Source: Candidatus Taenariivivens baikalensis
Lineage (GTDB): Bacteria; Omnitrophota; Omnitrophia; Omnitrophales; Aquincolibacteriaceae
Assembly: GCA_009691445.1 (NCBI GenBank)
Contig: SICL01000005.1
Location: forward strand, 2,446 to 66,445
Length of the DNA: 64,000 nucleotides
Direction: 5' to 3'
Within the stretch, counting starts at the first letter, position 1. The number at the start of each line of letters is the position of its first letter. Made by a program: the position numbers and the translations under genes. Positions 48,714-58,213 of the stretch are shown here, piece by piece. A model generated the notes under the pieces. That model did not search any database. It was not told the DNA's origin and saw only the letters and a program-made list of their open reading frames with translations.

Positions 48714-49895
48714 ATGAAAAAATACGCCCGCCAGCCAACCAACGAAGGAGCTTTCGTGAAACGGATTCATTTTGTCCTGATCGGTTCAGTCCTCGCGCTT
48801 TCATTCACCGGATGCACTCAGAATACTTCCCAGTCCAACGTCATTAAAATCGGATGCTCGGCTCCTTTAACCGGAGACCAGGCCCAGATCGGGATTGATA
48901 CCTGCCGCGGCGCGCAACTTGCCGTGGACCAGGCCAATCAAAAGGGAGAAGTCCTTCCAGGAAAAACTCTCGAGCTTTTGGAGCTGGATGATCAGCACAA
49001 TCCTGCCCAGGCGGTGAACGTCGCCAAAAAATACGTGTCTGATCCGGATGTGATTGCGGTAGTCGGCCATTTCAACTCCAGCTGCACCAAGCCGGCCTCA
49101 GCTATCTATAATGAAGGCGGGATGGTTCAGATCACTCCGGCCTCGACGAACCCCGAACTTTCCAAGCAAGGGTTCAAGACGTTTTTTCGAGCCGCTGCTA
49201 CGGATGATGTTCAAGGACCTGCAGCCGCCAAGTATGTTGCCTCCAAGCTCGGCGTGAAGCGTCTTTTTATCATTGATGATAAGACAACCTACGGAAAAGG
49301 TCTGGCGGATGAGTTTGAAAAGGAAGCGCGAAAACAATCGATCGAGATTCTTGGCCATGAGGGCATCACGCAAGGAGATAAAGATTTCACTCCGCTTCTG
49401 ACGAAGATTAAGCCGATGGATCCCGAACTGATTTATTTTGGCGGGATTTATCCGGAAGGTTCGCTTTTGATCCGGCAGGCGCGTGGGCTGAACATCACTT
49501 CCAAGTTTATGGGAGGGGACGGACTTGCGACGCCCATTTTTATTGAACTCGCTTCCAAAGAAATTGCGGAAGGCACTTATGCGAGCATGGTTGGAGGGGA
49601 TATGAGAAAGATTCCGAGTGCGGCGCAATTTATCAAGGATTACGAAGCCAAGTATGGAAGCATGGGGCAATGGTCGGCTTATGGTTTTGATTCCGCGAAC
49701 GTGGTGATTGAAGCGATCCGCAAGGCCGGTCAAAATAATCGCGAAGCGGTGCTTAAGGCCATGCGCGAAATACCCGTATTTAAGGGAGTGACCGGGGAAA
49801 TCATCTTTGATGAAAAAGGTGATAACAAGAATCAGTTTATTGGTGTCTTTAAAGTTGAAAACGGCGAGCTTACCTACGTGGGACCCGCAGCATAA
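48714..49895 (+). CDS. livJ: Branched-chain amino-acid ABC transporter substrate-binding protein (LivJ/LivK family, lipoprotein).
   Basis: Type-I periplasmic-binding fold motifs (IKIGCSAPLTGDQAQIG, VVGHFNSS, ITPASTNPELS). Lipobox LSFTGC. Confidence 0.8.
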   Translation: MKKYARQPTNEGAFVKRIHFVLIGSVLALSFTGCTQNTSQSNVIKIGCSAPLTGDQAQIGIDTCRGAQLAVDQANQKGEVLPGKTLELLELDDQHNPAQAVNVAKKYVSDPDVIAVVGHFNSSCTKPASAIYNEGGMVQITPASTNPELSKQGFKTFFRAAATDDVQGPAAAKYVASKLGVKRLFIIDDKTTYGKGLADEFEKEARKQSIEILGHEGITQGDKDFTPLLTKIKPMDPELIYFGGIYPEGSLLIRQARGLNITSKFMGGDGLATPIFIELASKEIAEGTYASMVGGDMRKIPSAAQFIKDYEAKYGSMGQWSAYGFDSANVVIEAIRKAGQNNREAVLKAMREIPVFKGVTGEIIFDEKGDNKNQFIGVFKVENGELTYVGPAA

Positions 49896-49907
49896 GACAT
49901 TGCAGCG

Positions 49908-50034
49908 AAATAACCAAGAAACAAGATACAATCACCAAGTAATGACCAAGTGTCCAAGAAACAAGAAACAAATGTTTAGGCCGTGTTCTTTGCTTTTTAG
50001 TCATTTGTTTGGCAACTTGTACCTTGTCTCTTGG
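49908..50034. repeat. Family-2 palindromic repeat.
   Basis: AAATAACCAAGAAACAAGATACAATCACCAAG ... CTTGTACCTTGTCTCTTGG. Confidence 0.75.
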
Positions 50035-50060
50035 AATTTTGAAGAGCATTCAGGTAATCA

Positions 50061-50978
50061 ATGACGCCTCTTGATGTTTTTTTGCAGCAGATCGTCAACG
50101 GTCTTACGATTGGAATGATCTACGCGCTGATTGCCCTGGGCTACACGATTGTTTACGGCATTGCGCAGCTGATCAATTTTGCCCACGGTGAAATTTTTAT
50201 GGTGGGCGCCTACTTTGGACTTCTGGCGTATACGCTTATTCAATTGCTTCCTGTCGGGTCCGTTGGATTTTTGTTTATCCTTCCCCTGATTTTTCTTTTT
50301 GTGATGACGCTCACCGCGCTGCTTGGAGTGATCGTCGAGCGTTTTGCCTACCGGCCTTTGCGGGAGGCGCCGCGCCTTGCTCCGCTGATTACGGCCATCG
50401 GTGTTTCGTTTCTGCTTCAAAATGCCGTGATGATTCTTTTTGGCCCCGCGGATAAACGTTTCCCCAGTCTTATCGAAATCCACAAACTTTCTTTTCATCA
50501 TGTGACGATCACCAATCTTCAAATCATGATTACGGGTTTTTCTCTGATCCTGATGCTCGTGCTGCACACCTTCATTAAATACACGCGAATGGGAAAGGCG
50601 ATGCGGGCCCTGGCCGATGACCGTGAGGCGGCCTGTCTGATGGGAATTAATGTGAATCAAATTATCTCCATTGCTTTCCTGATCGGCTCAGCGCTGGCCG
50701 GAGCCGGAGGCATCATGTTCGGGATGTACTACAACACGATTAATTTTCATGACGGTTATCTCGCGGGATTGAAAGCTTTTTCCGCGGCCGTGCTGGGAGG
50801 AATCGGGAATATTCCTGGAGCGATGGTTGGCGGAGTGTTGCTCGGTATTCTCGAAGGAATGGGTGCCGGTTACATTTCTTCGGAGTGGAAAAACGTATTC
50901 GCTTTTTTCATCTTGATCCTTATTTTGCTTTTTCGTCCGCACGGGCTTTTGGGATCACGAGTGGTTAAAAAAGTTTGA
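50061..50978 (+). CDS. livH: Branched-chain amino-acid ABC transporter permease LivH.
   Basis: N-terminal LQQIVNGLTIGMIYALIALGYTIVYG and about 8 TMs typical of the LivH family. Confidence 0.85.
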   Translation: MTPLDVFLQQIVNGLTIGMIYALIALGYTIVYGIAQLINFAHGEIFMVGAYFGLLAYTLIQLLPVGSVGFLFILPLIFLFVMTLTALLGVIVERFAYRPLREAPRLAPLITAIGVSFLLQNAVMILFGPADKRFPSLIEIHKLSFHHVTITNLQIMITGFSLILMLVLHTFIKYTRMGKAMRALADDREAACLMGINVNQIISIAFLIGSALAGAGGIMFGMYYNTINFHDGYLAGLKAFSAAVLGGIGNIPGAMVGGVLLGILEGMGAGYISSEWKNVFAFFILILILLFRPHGLLGSRVVKKV

Positions 50979-51084
50979 AATAACCAAGAAACAAGATCTA
51001 AGATACAAATAATAACCAAGTGGCAATAACCAAAAAGAATTTGTTTTTTGTCTCTTGGTCATTATTTGGACACTTGTGTCTTGG
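50979..51084. repeat. Family-2 palindromic repeat.
   Basis: AATAACCAAGAAACAAGATCTAAGATACAAATAATAACCAAG ... CTTGGTCATTATTTGGACACTTGTGTCTTGG. Confidence 0.75.
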
Positions 51085-51100
51085 AACTTTAAAAAATAGT

Positions 51101-52093
51101 ATGAAAAAATTACTAACATTTTCACGATTTAAGAATCTGGCAATCCTGCTAGTTTTTTTTATTTTCCCGCTGATTGACCGAAGTCCTTATCACATTGATG
51201 TGATGGTTTCGGCGGGTGTGTTTATAATCCTCGCCCTGGGGTTGAACGTGATTGTGGGATATGCGGGCATTCTTAATCTTGGATACGCGGCTCTCTTTGC
51301 CTGCGGGGCTTATTTATATGCGATTTCAAACATTCACTTTCATATTCCGTTCTGGACCGGACTTTTCATCAGCGGTTTTGGAACCGCTCTTTTTGGAATG
51401 CTGCTCGCCTTTCCAGCGCTTCGGCTTTCCGGAGATTATCTGGCGATCGTAACTTTAGGAGCTGGAGAGATTGTCCGCATTATCCTCAACAACGTGGATC
51501 AAGTCACCGGCGGTCCGAATGGACTCTTGGGAATCGATCATCCAACCTTTTTCGGATTACGTTTTGGCGTTAAATCCGGGCCTTATTACTATTTAATTTT
51601 TGTCATGGTCATCCTGCTCGTTTTTTTTCTGAAGCGTCTTGAATCTTCACGACTCGGACGCGCCTGGACGGCCATGCGTGAAGATGAACTGGCTGCTTCC
51701 AGCATGGGCGTGAATCTGATGTGGGCAAAACTCACGGCGTTCGGCATCGGCGGATTCATTGCAGGAATCGCCGGCTGTGTGTTTGCCTCAAAACAGGGAA
51801 GTATTTCACCGGATAGTTTTGATTTCGTGGTCTCCGTGATGGTGCTTGCGATGGTGGTGCTGGGAGGTTTAGGTACGATTCGCGGCGCAATCACCGGCGC
51901 CCTCATCTTAAGTCTTCTTCCGGAATTTTTGCGCGGGTTTGAAATGTACCGGATGCTCTTTTTTGGTCTTGCCATGATTCTGATGATGCTTTTTCGTCCG
52001 CAGGGGATTTTCGGAGAAGTCCGTTACAAGACCCGGTTCTCTTCGGGAAAAAAGGGACGGTTCTCATTGACGCCAGAAGCAAGGAAACAATAA
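51101..52093 (+). CDS. livM: Branched-chain amino-acid ABC transporter permease LivM.
   Basis: Polytopic LivM-type permease. ATG at 51101 is preferred over the track start at 51020, which lies inside the repeat. The last 14 codons are encoded by the family-3 hairpin arm. Confidence 0.85.
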   Translation: MKKLLTFSRFKNLAILLVFFIFPLIDRSPYHIDVMVSAGVFIILALGLNVIVGYAGILNLGYAALFACGAYLYAISNIHFHIPFWTGLFISGFGTALFGMLLAFPALRLSGDYLAIVTLGAGEIVRIILNNVDQVTGGPNGLLGIDHPTFFGLRFGVKSGPYYYLIFVMVILLVFFLKRLESSRLGRAWTAMREDELAASSMGVNLMWAKLTAFGIGGFIAGIAGCVFASKQGSISPDSFDFVVSVMVLAMVVLGGLGTIRGAITGALILSLLPEFLRGFEMYRMLFFGLAMILMMLFRPQGIFGEVRYKTRFSSGKKGRFSLTPEARKQ

Positions 52094-52149
52094 TTTGAAT
52101 TATTTAAATCATTTGATCATCGCAACAAAATTTGCTGAGAACCGTCCCT
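52054..52149. repeat. Family-3 hairpin repeat (GGGACGGTTCTCATTGA ... TGAGAACCGTCCCTG), about 96 nt.
   Basis: About 90% identical to the copy at 52941-53036. The left arm overlaps the livM 3-prime end. Confidence 0.8.
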
Positions 52150-52156
52150 GGCGCGT

Positions 52157-52957
52157 ATGAAAATCGAACAGCTTTCTGAACTTGAAATTTTAAGCGTGGA
52201 CCGCCTGAGCAAACATTTCGGCGGCGTTTCTGCTCTCGAAGACATCAGCTTCGCGGTTCCCCAGGGAAAAATCGTGAGCGTGATCGGCCCCAATGGCGCT
52301 GGCAAGACCACGCTCTTTAATTGTATTACCGGACTTTATACACCGGACGAAGGATCGCTTTTTTTTGGCGATGCCCAGATGCTCCTGAACGGACTTCCGT
52401 GTTATGAAATCGCGTCCAAGGGAATCTCTCGCACCTTTCAGACCATCCGCTTATTCAAACAAATGACCGCGCTTGAAAATGTGATGGTGGGAGCTCATTC
52501 CAAAACACGCGGCGGAGTTTTGAGCGCTCTTTTCCGGCCGCGCTGGGTTTCGGTCGGTGAAAAAAAACTGGAACGGCAGGCACAGCGTCTGCTTTCTTTT
52601 TTCGGACTCGCCTCCAAATCGCAGGAACTTGCGCAGAATCTTTCTTACGGACATCAGCGTAAACTGGAAATTGCGCGGGCCCTGGCCTCCGAACCCAAGC
52701 TGCTGCTTTTGGATGAGCCGGCCGCGGGAATGAATCCTCGGGAAAAGGACGAGCTGCTGGGTTATATTCGTGCGATCCGTGAGCGGGGAATCACGATTAT
52801 TTTAATCGAGCATGATATGAAAGTCGTGATGCCGATCTCGGATTATATTGTGGTGCTGGATTACGGAAAAAAAATTGCGGAAGGCATTCCTAAAGAAATT
52901 CAGAATAATCCGCGCGTCATTGAAGCGTACCTCGGCAAAGGGGACGGTTCTCATTGA
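52157..52957 (+). CDS. livG: Branched-chain amino-acid ABC transporter ATP-binding protein LivG.
   Basis: Walker A GPNGAGKTT, signature LSYGHQRKLEIARAL, Walker B LLLDEPAAGMNP. The stop codon lies inside the hairpin arm (...GKGDGSH*). Confidence 0.9.
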   Translation: MKIEQLSELEILSVDRLSKHFGGVSALEDISFAVPQGKIVSVIGPNGAGKTTLFNCITGLYTPDEGSLFFGDAQMLLNGLPCYEIASKGISRTFQTIRLFKQMTALENVMVGAHSKTRGGVLSALFRPRWVSVGEKKLERQAQRLLSFFGLASKSQELAQNLSYGHQRKLEIARALASEPKLLLLDEPAAGMNPREKDELLGYIRAIRERGITIILIEHDMKVVMPISDYIVVLDYGKKIAEGIPKEIQNNPRVIEAYLGKGDGSH

Positions 52958-53036
52958 GGCTGGCGGCAAGGAAATATTAATTTGAATCATTTAAATTATT
53001 TGATCATCGCAACAAAATTCTATGAGAACCGTCCCT
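52941..53036. repeat. Family-3 hairpin repeat, about 96 nt.
   Basis: GGGACGGTTCTCATTGAGGCTGGCGGCAAGGAAATATTAATTTGAATCATTTAAATTATTTGATCATCGCAACAAAATTCTATGAGAACCGTCCCTG. Confidence 0.8.
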
Positions 53037-53047
53037 GATGAGGCTGT

Positions 53048-53755
53048 ATGCTTGAAGTTGCAAATTTACATTCGGGTTACGGAAAGATTGAAATCCTCAA
53101 GGGGCTCAAGATCCGGGTTCCTGAGGGAAAGATTGTTTCTTTAATTGGATCTAACGGCGCGGGTAAGACCACCTTGCTGATGACGATTTCGGGGATTGTT
53201 CCTGCCTGGAAAGGCTCCATTAAATTTTCAGGGAAGGCCATTGAGACGATGCCTGCGGATCAGATTGTCCGTCAAGGTGTGGTTCAAGTGCCCGAAGGCC
53301 GGAGGATTTTCTCCCGTCTTACCGTGGAAGAAAATCTGGATCTTGGCGCTTACACAAGGCCCCGTGATCCTGAAATCAAAAGAGACAAAGAGGAGATGTT
53401 TGCCCTTTTCCCGATTTTGTACGCGCGTACAAAATCTTTGGCCGGGAACCTGAGCGGCGGCGAGCAGCAGATGCTGGCTATGGCCCGTGCGCTGATGGCG
53501 CGTCCCAAGCTTCTATTGTTGGATGAACCCAGCCTTGGACTTGCTCCCAAGATGATTGAAACGATCTTTCAGCTGATCCGTAAAGTAAATCAGAAGGGAA
53601 TCACGATCCTTCTGGTGGAACAGAATGCCTGGAAGGCGCTTGGAATTGCGGACTACGGCTACGTGATCGAGAGCGGGAAAAATCAGATTGAAGGCACGGG
53701 GCAGGAACTTCTTTCAAATCCCCAGATCAAACACTCCTATCTTGGGGAATCGTAA
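53048..53755 (+). CDS. livF: Branched-chain amino-acid ABC transporter ATP-binding protein LivF.
   Basis: Walker A GSNGAGKTT, signature LSGGEQQMLAMARAL, Walker B LLLDEPSLGLAP. Confidence 0.9.
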   Translation: MLEVANLHSGYGKIEILKGLKIRVPEGKIVSLIGSNGAGKTTLLMTISGIVPAWKGSIKFSGKAIETMPADQIVRQGVVQVPEGRRIFSRLTVEENLDLGAYTRPRDPEIKRDKEEMFALFPILYARTKSLAGNLSGGEQQMLAMARALMARPKLLLLDEPSLGLAPKMIETIFQLIRKVNQKGITILLVEQNAWKALGIADYGYVIESGKNQIEGTGQELLSNPQIKHSYLGES

Positions 53756-53783
53756 CTCGAAGCGGATTCATAAGTGCTTTTCG

Positions 53784-53930
53784 GTCATTGCGAGCTGCAG
53801 CGAAGCAATCTGACGATTTAGGTCATTGCGAGGAGAGAAGCGACGAAGCAATCTCGGGTTGTGGCTTGAGATTGCCACGCCCGCCTGCCGGCGAGGCAGG
53901 TCTCCGCCAGAGCGCGGGACTCGCAATGAC
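53784..53930. repeat. Family-1 compound repeat.
   Basis: GTCATTGCGAGCTGCAGCGAAGCAATCTGACGATTTAGGTCATTGCGAGGAGAGAAGCGACGAAGCAATCTCGGGTT...CCGCCTGCCGGCGAGGCAGGTCTCCGCC...CTCGCAATGAC. Confidence 0.8.
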
Positions 53931-54085
53931 CGAAAAGTACTTCTGTAAAAAGCAGTCATTCCTCTTTTTTTTTAAGGAACTTCAGGAAATTCCCTAACCT
54001 AACGATACTCATCGTAATAATGACTTTCCAGTTTGACGATAACATACATAAAAACCCCCGCTTTTATAGAGACTAGAGGAAAATT

Positions 54086-56575
54086 ATGCATCTGCTTTCG
54101 GGTTTGTTTGTAGGGAAAGAAAGAAAAAAATTTTTAAATCAATTCCTCATTTTCGGTGCATTTTTTGTCAGTTCAGGTTCTGTTTGGGCCAATGAAGGGG
54201 CTCTGAAGATTCCTGATCTGCATGAAGGACGCTTCAATTTTTTTGGGGGACTCACCGGCTATCAGATTCTTCTTTACGGCGCCGCGGTTATCCTTGGAAC
54301 GGTGGGTCTGTCGCTTTATCAATTTATAAAGATCAAGGCGCTTCCCGCTCACCGATCCATGCTCGATGTCGCTGAAACGATCTTTCAAACCTGCAAAACC
54401 TATTTGAAGCAACAGGTGAAATTTCTTTCCATCCTGTTCGCCATTATTGCCTGTGCGATGGCCTATTATTTTGTGGGGCTCCAGCACGAATCCCTGACGA
54501 CTTTGGGTCTTGTGCTCTTTTTTTCCGTCGTCGGTATGGCGGGATCAACTTTGGTTGCCTTTTACGGTATCCGCATCAACACTTATGCGAATGCCCGGAC
54601 TGCTTTTGCATCTCTGCGCGGTGTCCCTTGGGATGTCGTCAATATTCCGCTTCGTGCGGGGATGTCGGTTGGTCTTTTCCTTATTTCTATTGAACTTGTG
54701 ATGATGGTAGGGATTTTGCTTTTTGTCCCGCGAGAAATCGTCGGCTACTGCTTCCTCGGTTTTGCGATCGGTGAATCGCTCGCGGCGAGTGCTCTTCGTA
54801 TCGCCGGAGGAATCTTTACGAAGATCGCCGATATTGGTTCCGATCTCATGAAAATTGTCTTCCAGGTCAAAGAAGATGATCCTCGCAATCCGGGCGTCAT
54901 TGCTGACTGCGCGGGGGATAATGCCGGCGACTCAGTTGGACCTACCGCTGACGGTTTTGAGACTTATGGCGTCACGGGTGTTGCGCTGATTTCGTTTATC
55001 ACACTGGCAGTGAAAGAGCCGGCGCTTCAAGCAAAACTGATCGTCTGGATTTTTGCGATGCGATTCCTGATGGATTTCATGTCGGGATGTTCCTACTTTA
55101 TCAACTCGGTCATCTCTGAACGCAAGTACAAACATTTGAAAGAGTTTGATTTTGAAGAACCGCTTACGCGCCTGATTCAAATTGCAACCGCGCTGTGCAT
55201 TACGACTTCTTTCGGCATGTCTTATTTGCTTGTCGGTGACCTTCCTGACGCATCACTCTGGTGGAAGTTAGCTTCGATCATTGCGTGCGGGACTCTCGCC
55301 GCTTTCCTCATTCCCGAGTTCACCAAAATTTTCACCTCGTCGCATTCGATGCATGTCCATGAAATTGTGACGGCTTCACGCGAGGGCGGGGCTTCGCTGA
55401 CAATCCTTTCGGGTCTTGTCGCAGGTTACTTCTCAGCATTCTGGAAAGGAATCCTGATCGCGGGTCTTATGTTCGCGGCGTATTTGCTCTCGGGACTGGG
55501 ACTTCAGGAAATTATGCCTCATGCCTCCGTTTTCGCTTTTGGACTTGTGGCTTACGGCTTTCTTTGTATGGGACCTGTGAATATTGCGGTGGATTCTTAC
55601 GGACCTGTTACAGACAATGCTCAATCGATTTTTGAATTGGCTCAGACCGAGTCGATTCCCGGAATCGAGAAAGAAATTGAAAAAGATTTTGGATTCAAGC
55701 CCGACTTCAAAAAGGGAAAGCATTATCTTGAAGCCAATGACTCAGCGGGTAATACCTTCAAGGCCACGGCCAAACCCGTATTGATCGGTACGGCTGTTGC
55801 TGGAGCAACGACGATGATTTTTTCAATCATCCTTCTCTTGCAGGGACACCTTCAGGCCGGGGCTGTTGCCGCTGCGGCAGGTGGAATCGTTCCCGGAAAT
55901 ATCGGAGAACTTCTGCTTTATGAAAAACTTTCGCTCACGGCTGCTCCGGTCTTACTGGGACTCCTTTGCGGTGGGGCAGTCATTTATTGGTTCTGCGGTG
56001 CTTCGATTCAAGCTGTGACCACGGGGGCCTATTCTGCCGTCGAATACATTAAGAAAAATATGAATCTCGCGAAGAAGGAGGCACAGCGTGAGGACTCCAT
56101 CATGGTCGTCAAGATCTGCACAGAATACGCGCAGAAGGGCATGTGGAATATCTTCCTGGGTCTTCTTGCTTTCACGCTTGCCTTTGCGCTCTTCGATCCT
56201 TATTTCTTCATTGCTTACCTGATGGCCATTGCCGTCTTCGGACTTTTTCAAGCGATGTATATGGCGAATGCAGGCGGAGCTTGGGATAATGCGAAAAAAC
56301 TCGTTGAAGTCGATCTTGGAGAAAGAAATACTCCTCTTCATGCCGCGACCGTTGTTGGCGATACAGTCGGTGATCCTTTTAAAGATACGACCTCAGTGTC
56401 TCTCAATCCGATTATCAAATTCTCCACACTCTTCGGCCTTCTCGCCGTTGAGATTGCGATCAAGATGCCTCCTTCAACCACGCGGGTCATCGGTGCTGTA
56501 CTCTTCGTAATCGCTTTATTTTTCGTCTGGAAGTCTTTTTACGGAATGCGAATTCCCATAAAGCCCAAATCTTAA
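54086..56575 (+). CDS. hppA: Membrane-bound proton- or sodium-translocating pyrophosphatase.
   Basis: GVIADCAGDNAGDSVGPTADGFETYG and DNAGGAWDNAKK / VGDTVGDPFKDT motifs are diagnostic for H+-PPase. 829 aa with about 16 TMs. The true start may be an internal Met. Confidence 0.9.
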   Translation: MHLLSGLFVGKERKKFLNQFLIFGAFFVSSGSVWANEGALKIPDLHEGRFNFFGGLTGYQILLYGAAVILGTVGLSLYQFIKIKALPAHRSMLDVAETIFQTCKTYLKQQVKFLSILFAIIACAMAYYFVGLQHESLTTLGLVLFFSVVGMAGSTLVAFYGIRINTYANARTAFASLRGVPWDVVNIPLRAGMSVGLFLISIELVMMVGILLFVPREIVGYCFLGFAIGESLAASALRIAGGIFTKIADIGSDLMKIVFQVKEDDPRNPGVIADCAGDNAGDSVGPTADGFETYGVTGVALISFITLAVKEPALQAKLIVWIFAMRFLMDFMSGCSYFINSVISERKYKHLKEFDFEEPLTRLIQIATALCITTSFGMSYLLVGDLPDASLWWKLASIIACGTLAAFLIPEFTKIFTSSHSMHVHEIVTASREGGASLTILSGLVAGYFSAFWKGILIAGLMFAAYLLSGLGLQEIMPHASVFAFGLVAYGFLCMGPVNIAVDSYGPVTDNAQSIFELAQTESIPGIEKEIEKDFGFKPDFKKGKHYLEANDSAGNTFKATAKPVLIGTAVAGATTMIFSIILLLQGHLQAGAVAAAAGGIVPGNIGELLLYEKLSLTAAPVLLGLLCGGAVIYWFCGASIQAVTTGAYSAVEYIKKNMNLAKKEAQREDSIMVVKICTEYAQKGMWNIFLGLLAFTLAFALFDPYFFIAYLMAIAVFGLFQAMYMANAGGAWDNAKKLVEVDLGERNTPLHAATVVGDTVGDPFKDTTSVSLNPIIKFSTLFGLLAVEIAIKMPPSTTRVIGAVLFVIALFFVWKSFYGMRIPIKPKS

Positions 56576-56608
56576 GAGATTTTGTAGCGCGCTTAAGAGT
56601 GATTGTCT

Positions 56609-56767
56609 GTCATTAAGAGTCCCGCACTTTGGCCAAGACGCGTGAGGTAGTCACTGCAGGAGGCCCGCAGGACGACGCGGCAATATCAAGCGCACCCCCC
56701 GAGTTTGCTACGCCCTGTGGAGCTCGTAATGACGGGTGTGGGATTGCTTTGCTTCGCTCGCAATGAC
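56609..56767. repeat. Family-1 repeat, divergent copy.
   Basis: GTCATTAAGAGTCCCGCACTTTGGCCAAGACGCG...GCTCGTAATGACGGG...GCTTTGCTTCGCTCGCAATGAC. Confidence 0.7.
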
Positions 56768-56837
56768 AGATTCAGTTAATAATTTCATTCCCATTTCGTC
56801 TCTCCAGGGTTATACTTCCGTCGTGCTGAATACAAAA

Positions 56838-57485
56838 ATGCCCACTAAAAAAAATCCGCTTCCGATCGATCCCCGAGCTTGGAAAGGCGCCGCGATTATC
56901 TTGGGTGCTGCCCTTTTGAGTACTTATTTTTTTCAGGAACTGTCATTGATTGTCTGGGTCTTGCTTTTCTGTCATCTTGCTTTTTTTCGCGAGCCATCCT
57001 TCAAACTGCCCGCAGGGGAAGTGCTTTCTTCTCCGTCTTATGGACAAGTGTCGGATATTGAAAAAGTATTTGAAGACCGATTTCTCCATGAAGAGGCCTA
57101 CAGGATCGGAATTTTTATGTCGGTGCTTGTTCCTCACATAACCCTTTCTCCTATGCGGGGAAAAATTGGTTATCTTGAGCATGTTCCCGGAAAATTTCTT
57201 CATGCGATGAGCCAGCAAGCTCCCTTAAAAAATGAATGCAATTGGATTGGGATTGAAGACGCCGGAACTCGCGTGATGGTCCGCCAGATCACGGGGGCCA
57301 TTGCCCGACGCATTTTTTGGGACGTGGAGATAGGGTCCGAGGTTGAGGCCGGTGAAAAATTGGGTGTGATTTGTTACGGATCCAGAGTAGAATGCTACCT
57401 GCCGGCGAGGCTTTTTAAGCCTGCAGTGAAGGTCGGAGATAATATTAAAGCGGGTTCAACGGTAATTGGAGATCGATTGTTGTGA
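56838..57485 (+). CDS. psd: Phosphatidylserine decarboxylase-family protein (archaeal-type short Psd proenzyme).
   Basis: About 215 aa. C-terminal GEKLGVICYGSRVECYLP resembles the Psd self-cleavage (G-S) region. Sits directly upstream of pssA. The track start at 56736 is inside the repeat, so the ATG at 56838 is preferred. Confidence 0.65.
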   Translation: MPTKKNPLPIDPRAWKGAAIILGAALLSTYFFQELSLIVWVLLFCHLAFFREPSFKLPAGEVLSSPSYGQVSDIEKVFEDRFLHEEAYRIGIFMSVLVPHITLSPMRGKIGYLEHVPGKFLHAMSQQAPLKNECNWIGIEDAGTRVMVRQITGAIARRIFWDVEIGSEVEAGEKLGVICYGSRVECYLPARLFKPAVKVGDNIKAGSTVIGDRLL

Positions 57486-58213
57486 ATCTTTCCTGTATTC
57501 CTAATGGCATTAGCATGATGAATCTCTTCATGGGTGTTTTTTCGATTATCCGAATCGGAGAAGGACGTTTTGACGAAGCTCTTTGGCTTATTGTTCTCGC
57601 ATTGATCTGTGATTCCCTGGATGGAAATGTTGCCCGGATTTTCAAGACATCGAGTGAGTTAGGTAAAGAGCTCGACTCTTTGGGTGATATCGTTTCATTT
57701 GTGGTTGCTCCCGCGCTTCTTATTCTGCGAAGCTGGCCCTATCCTTTAACGCTGTGGATGTATGCGATCGTTTTCTTTTATCTTGGCGCAGGAGCTTACC
57801 GTTTAGCGCGCTACAATATTAATACTTCGCCCACCATTCAGGGCTACTTCAGTGGGCTTCCCACTCCGGCGACAGCCATTATTATTGTGACGACAAGTAT
57901 GGGGATAGAAAAGGCGGGAATGGCAAATAATCTTCCGATGACCATCGCCTATTTTAGCTGGATTGCACTTTTGGGATTCTTGATGATCAGTCACGTTTCA
58001 TATCCTAAGATTACAGTGGTTCGGTTTCAAGAATGGAAATGGCTTTTTGTGATTGGTCTGGTATTTTTTGTCGCGGCCTACAAGACCTTAAGTCTTGAAT
58101 TTGCAGTGGCTGTTCCGTTTATCCTATTTGTTCTTTTCGGATTTTTCTCCTCCCTCGTTTCGGTTCCTGCCGCAGATGACGATGCATCGCTGAAAGTTAT
58201 CGAAGAAGTCTAA
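57482..58213 (+). CDS. pssA: CDP-diacylglycerol--serine O-phosphatidyltransferase (CDP-alcohol phosphatidyltransferase family).
   Basis: DSLDGNVARIFKTSSELGKELDSLGDIVSF carries the D-x2-DG-x2-AR...G-x3-D-x3-D motif. The start overlaps the psd stop by 4 nt. Confidence 0.8.
   Translation: MNLSCIPNGISMMNLFMGVFSIIRIGEGRFDEALWLIVLALICDSLDGNVARIFKTSSELGKELDSLGDIVSFVVAPALLILRSWPYPLTLWMYAIVFFYLGAGAYRLARYNINTSPTIQGYFSGLPTPATAIIIVTTSMGIEKAGMANNLPMTIAYFSWIALLGFLMISHVSYPKITVVRFQEWKWLFVIGLVFFVAAYKTLSLEFAVAVPFILFVLFGFFSSLVSVPAADDDASLKVIEEV

Noticed and set aside
56736-56837. N-terminal extensions of psd (56736), the DUF3313 lipoprotein (43771), livM (51020) and thrH (44666) given by the ORF track.
   Set aside because: Each extension overlaps a family-1 or family-2 repeat or starts at TTG. 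Downstream ATGs give N-termini matching the expected family (lipobox, MKIVCLDLEG, etc.).
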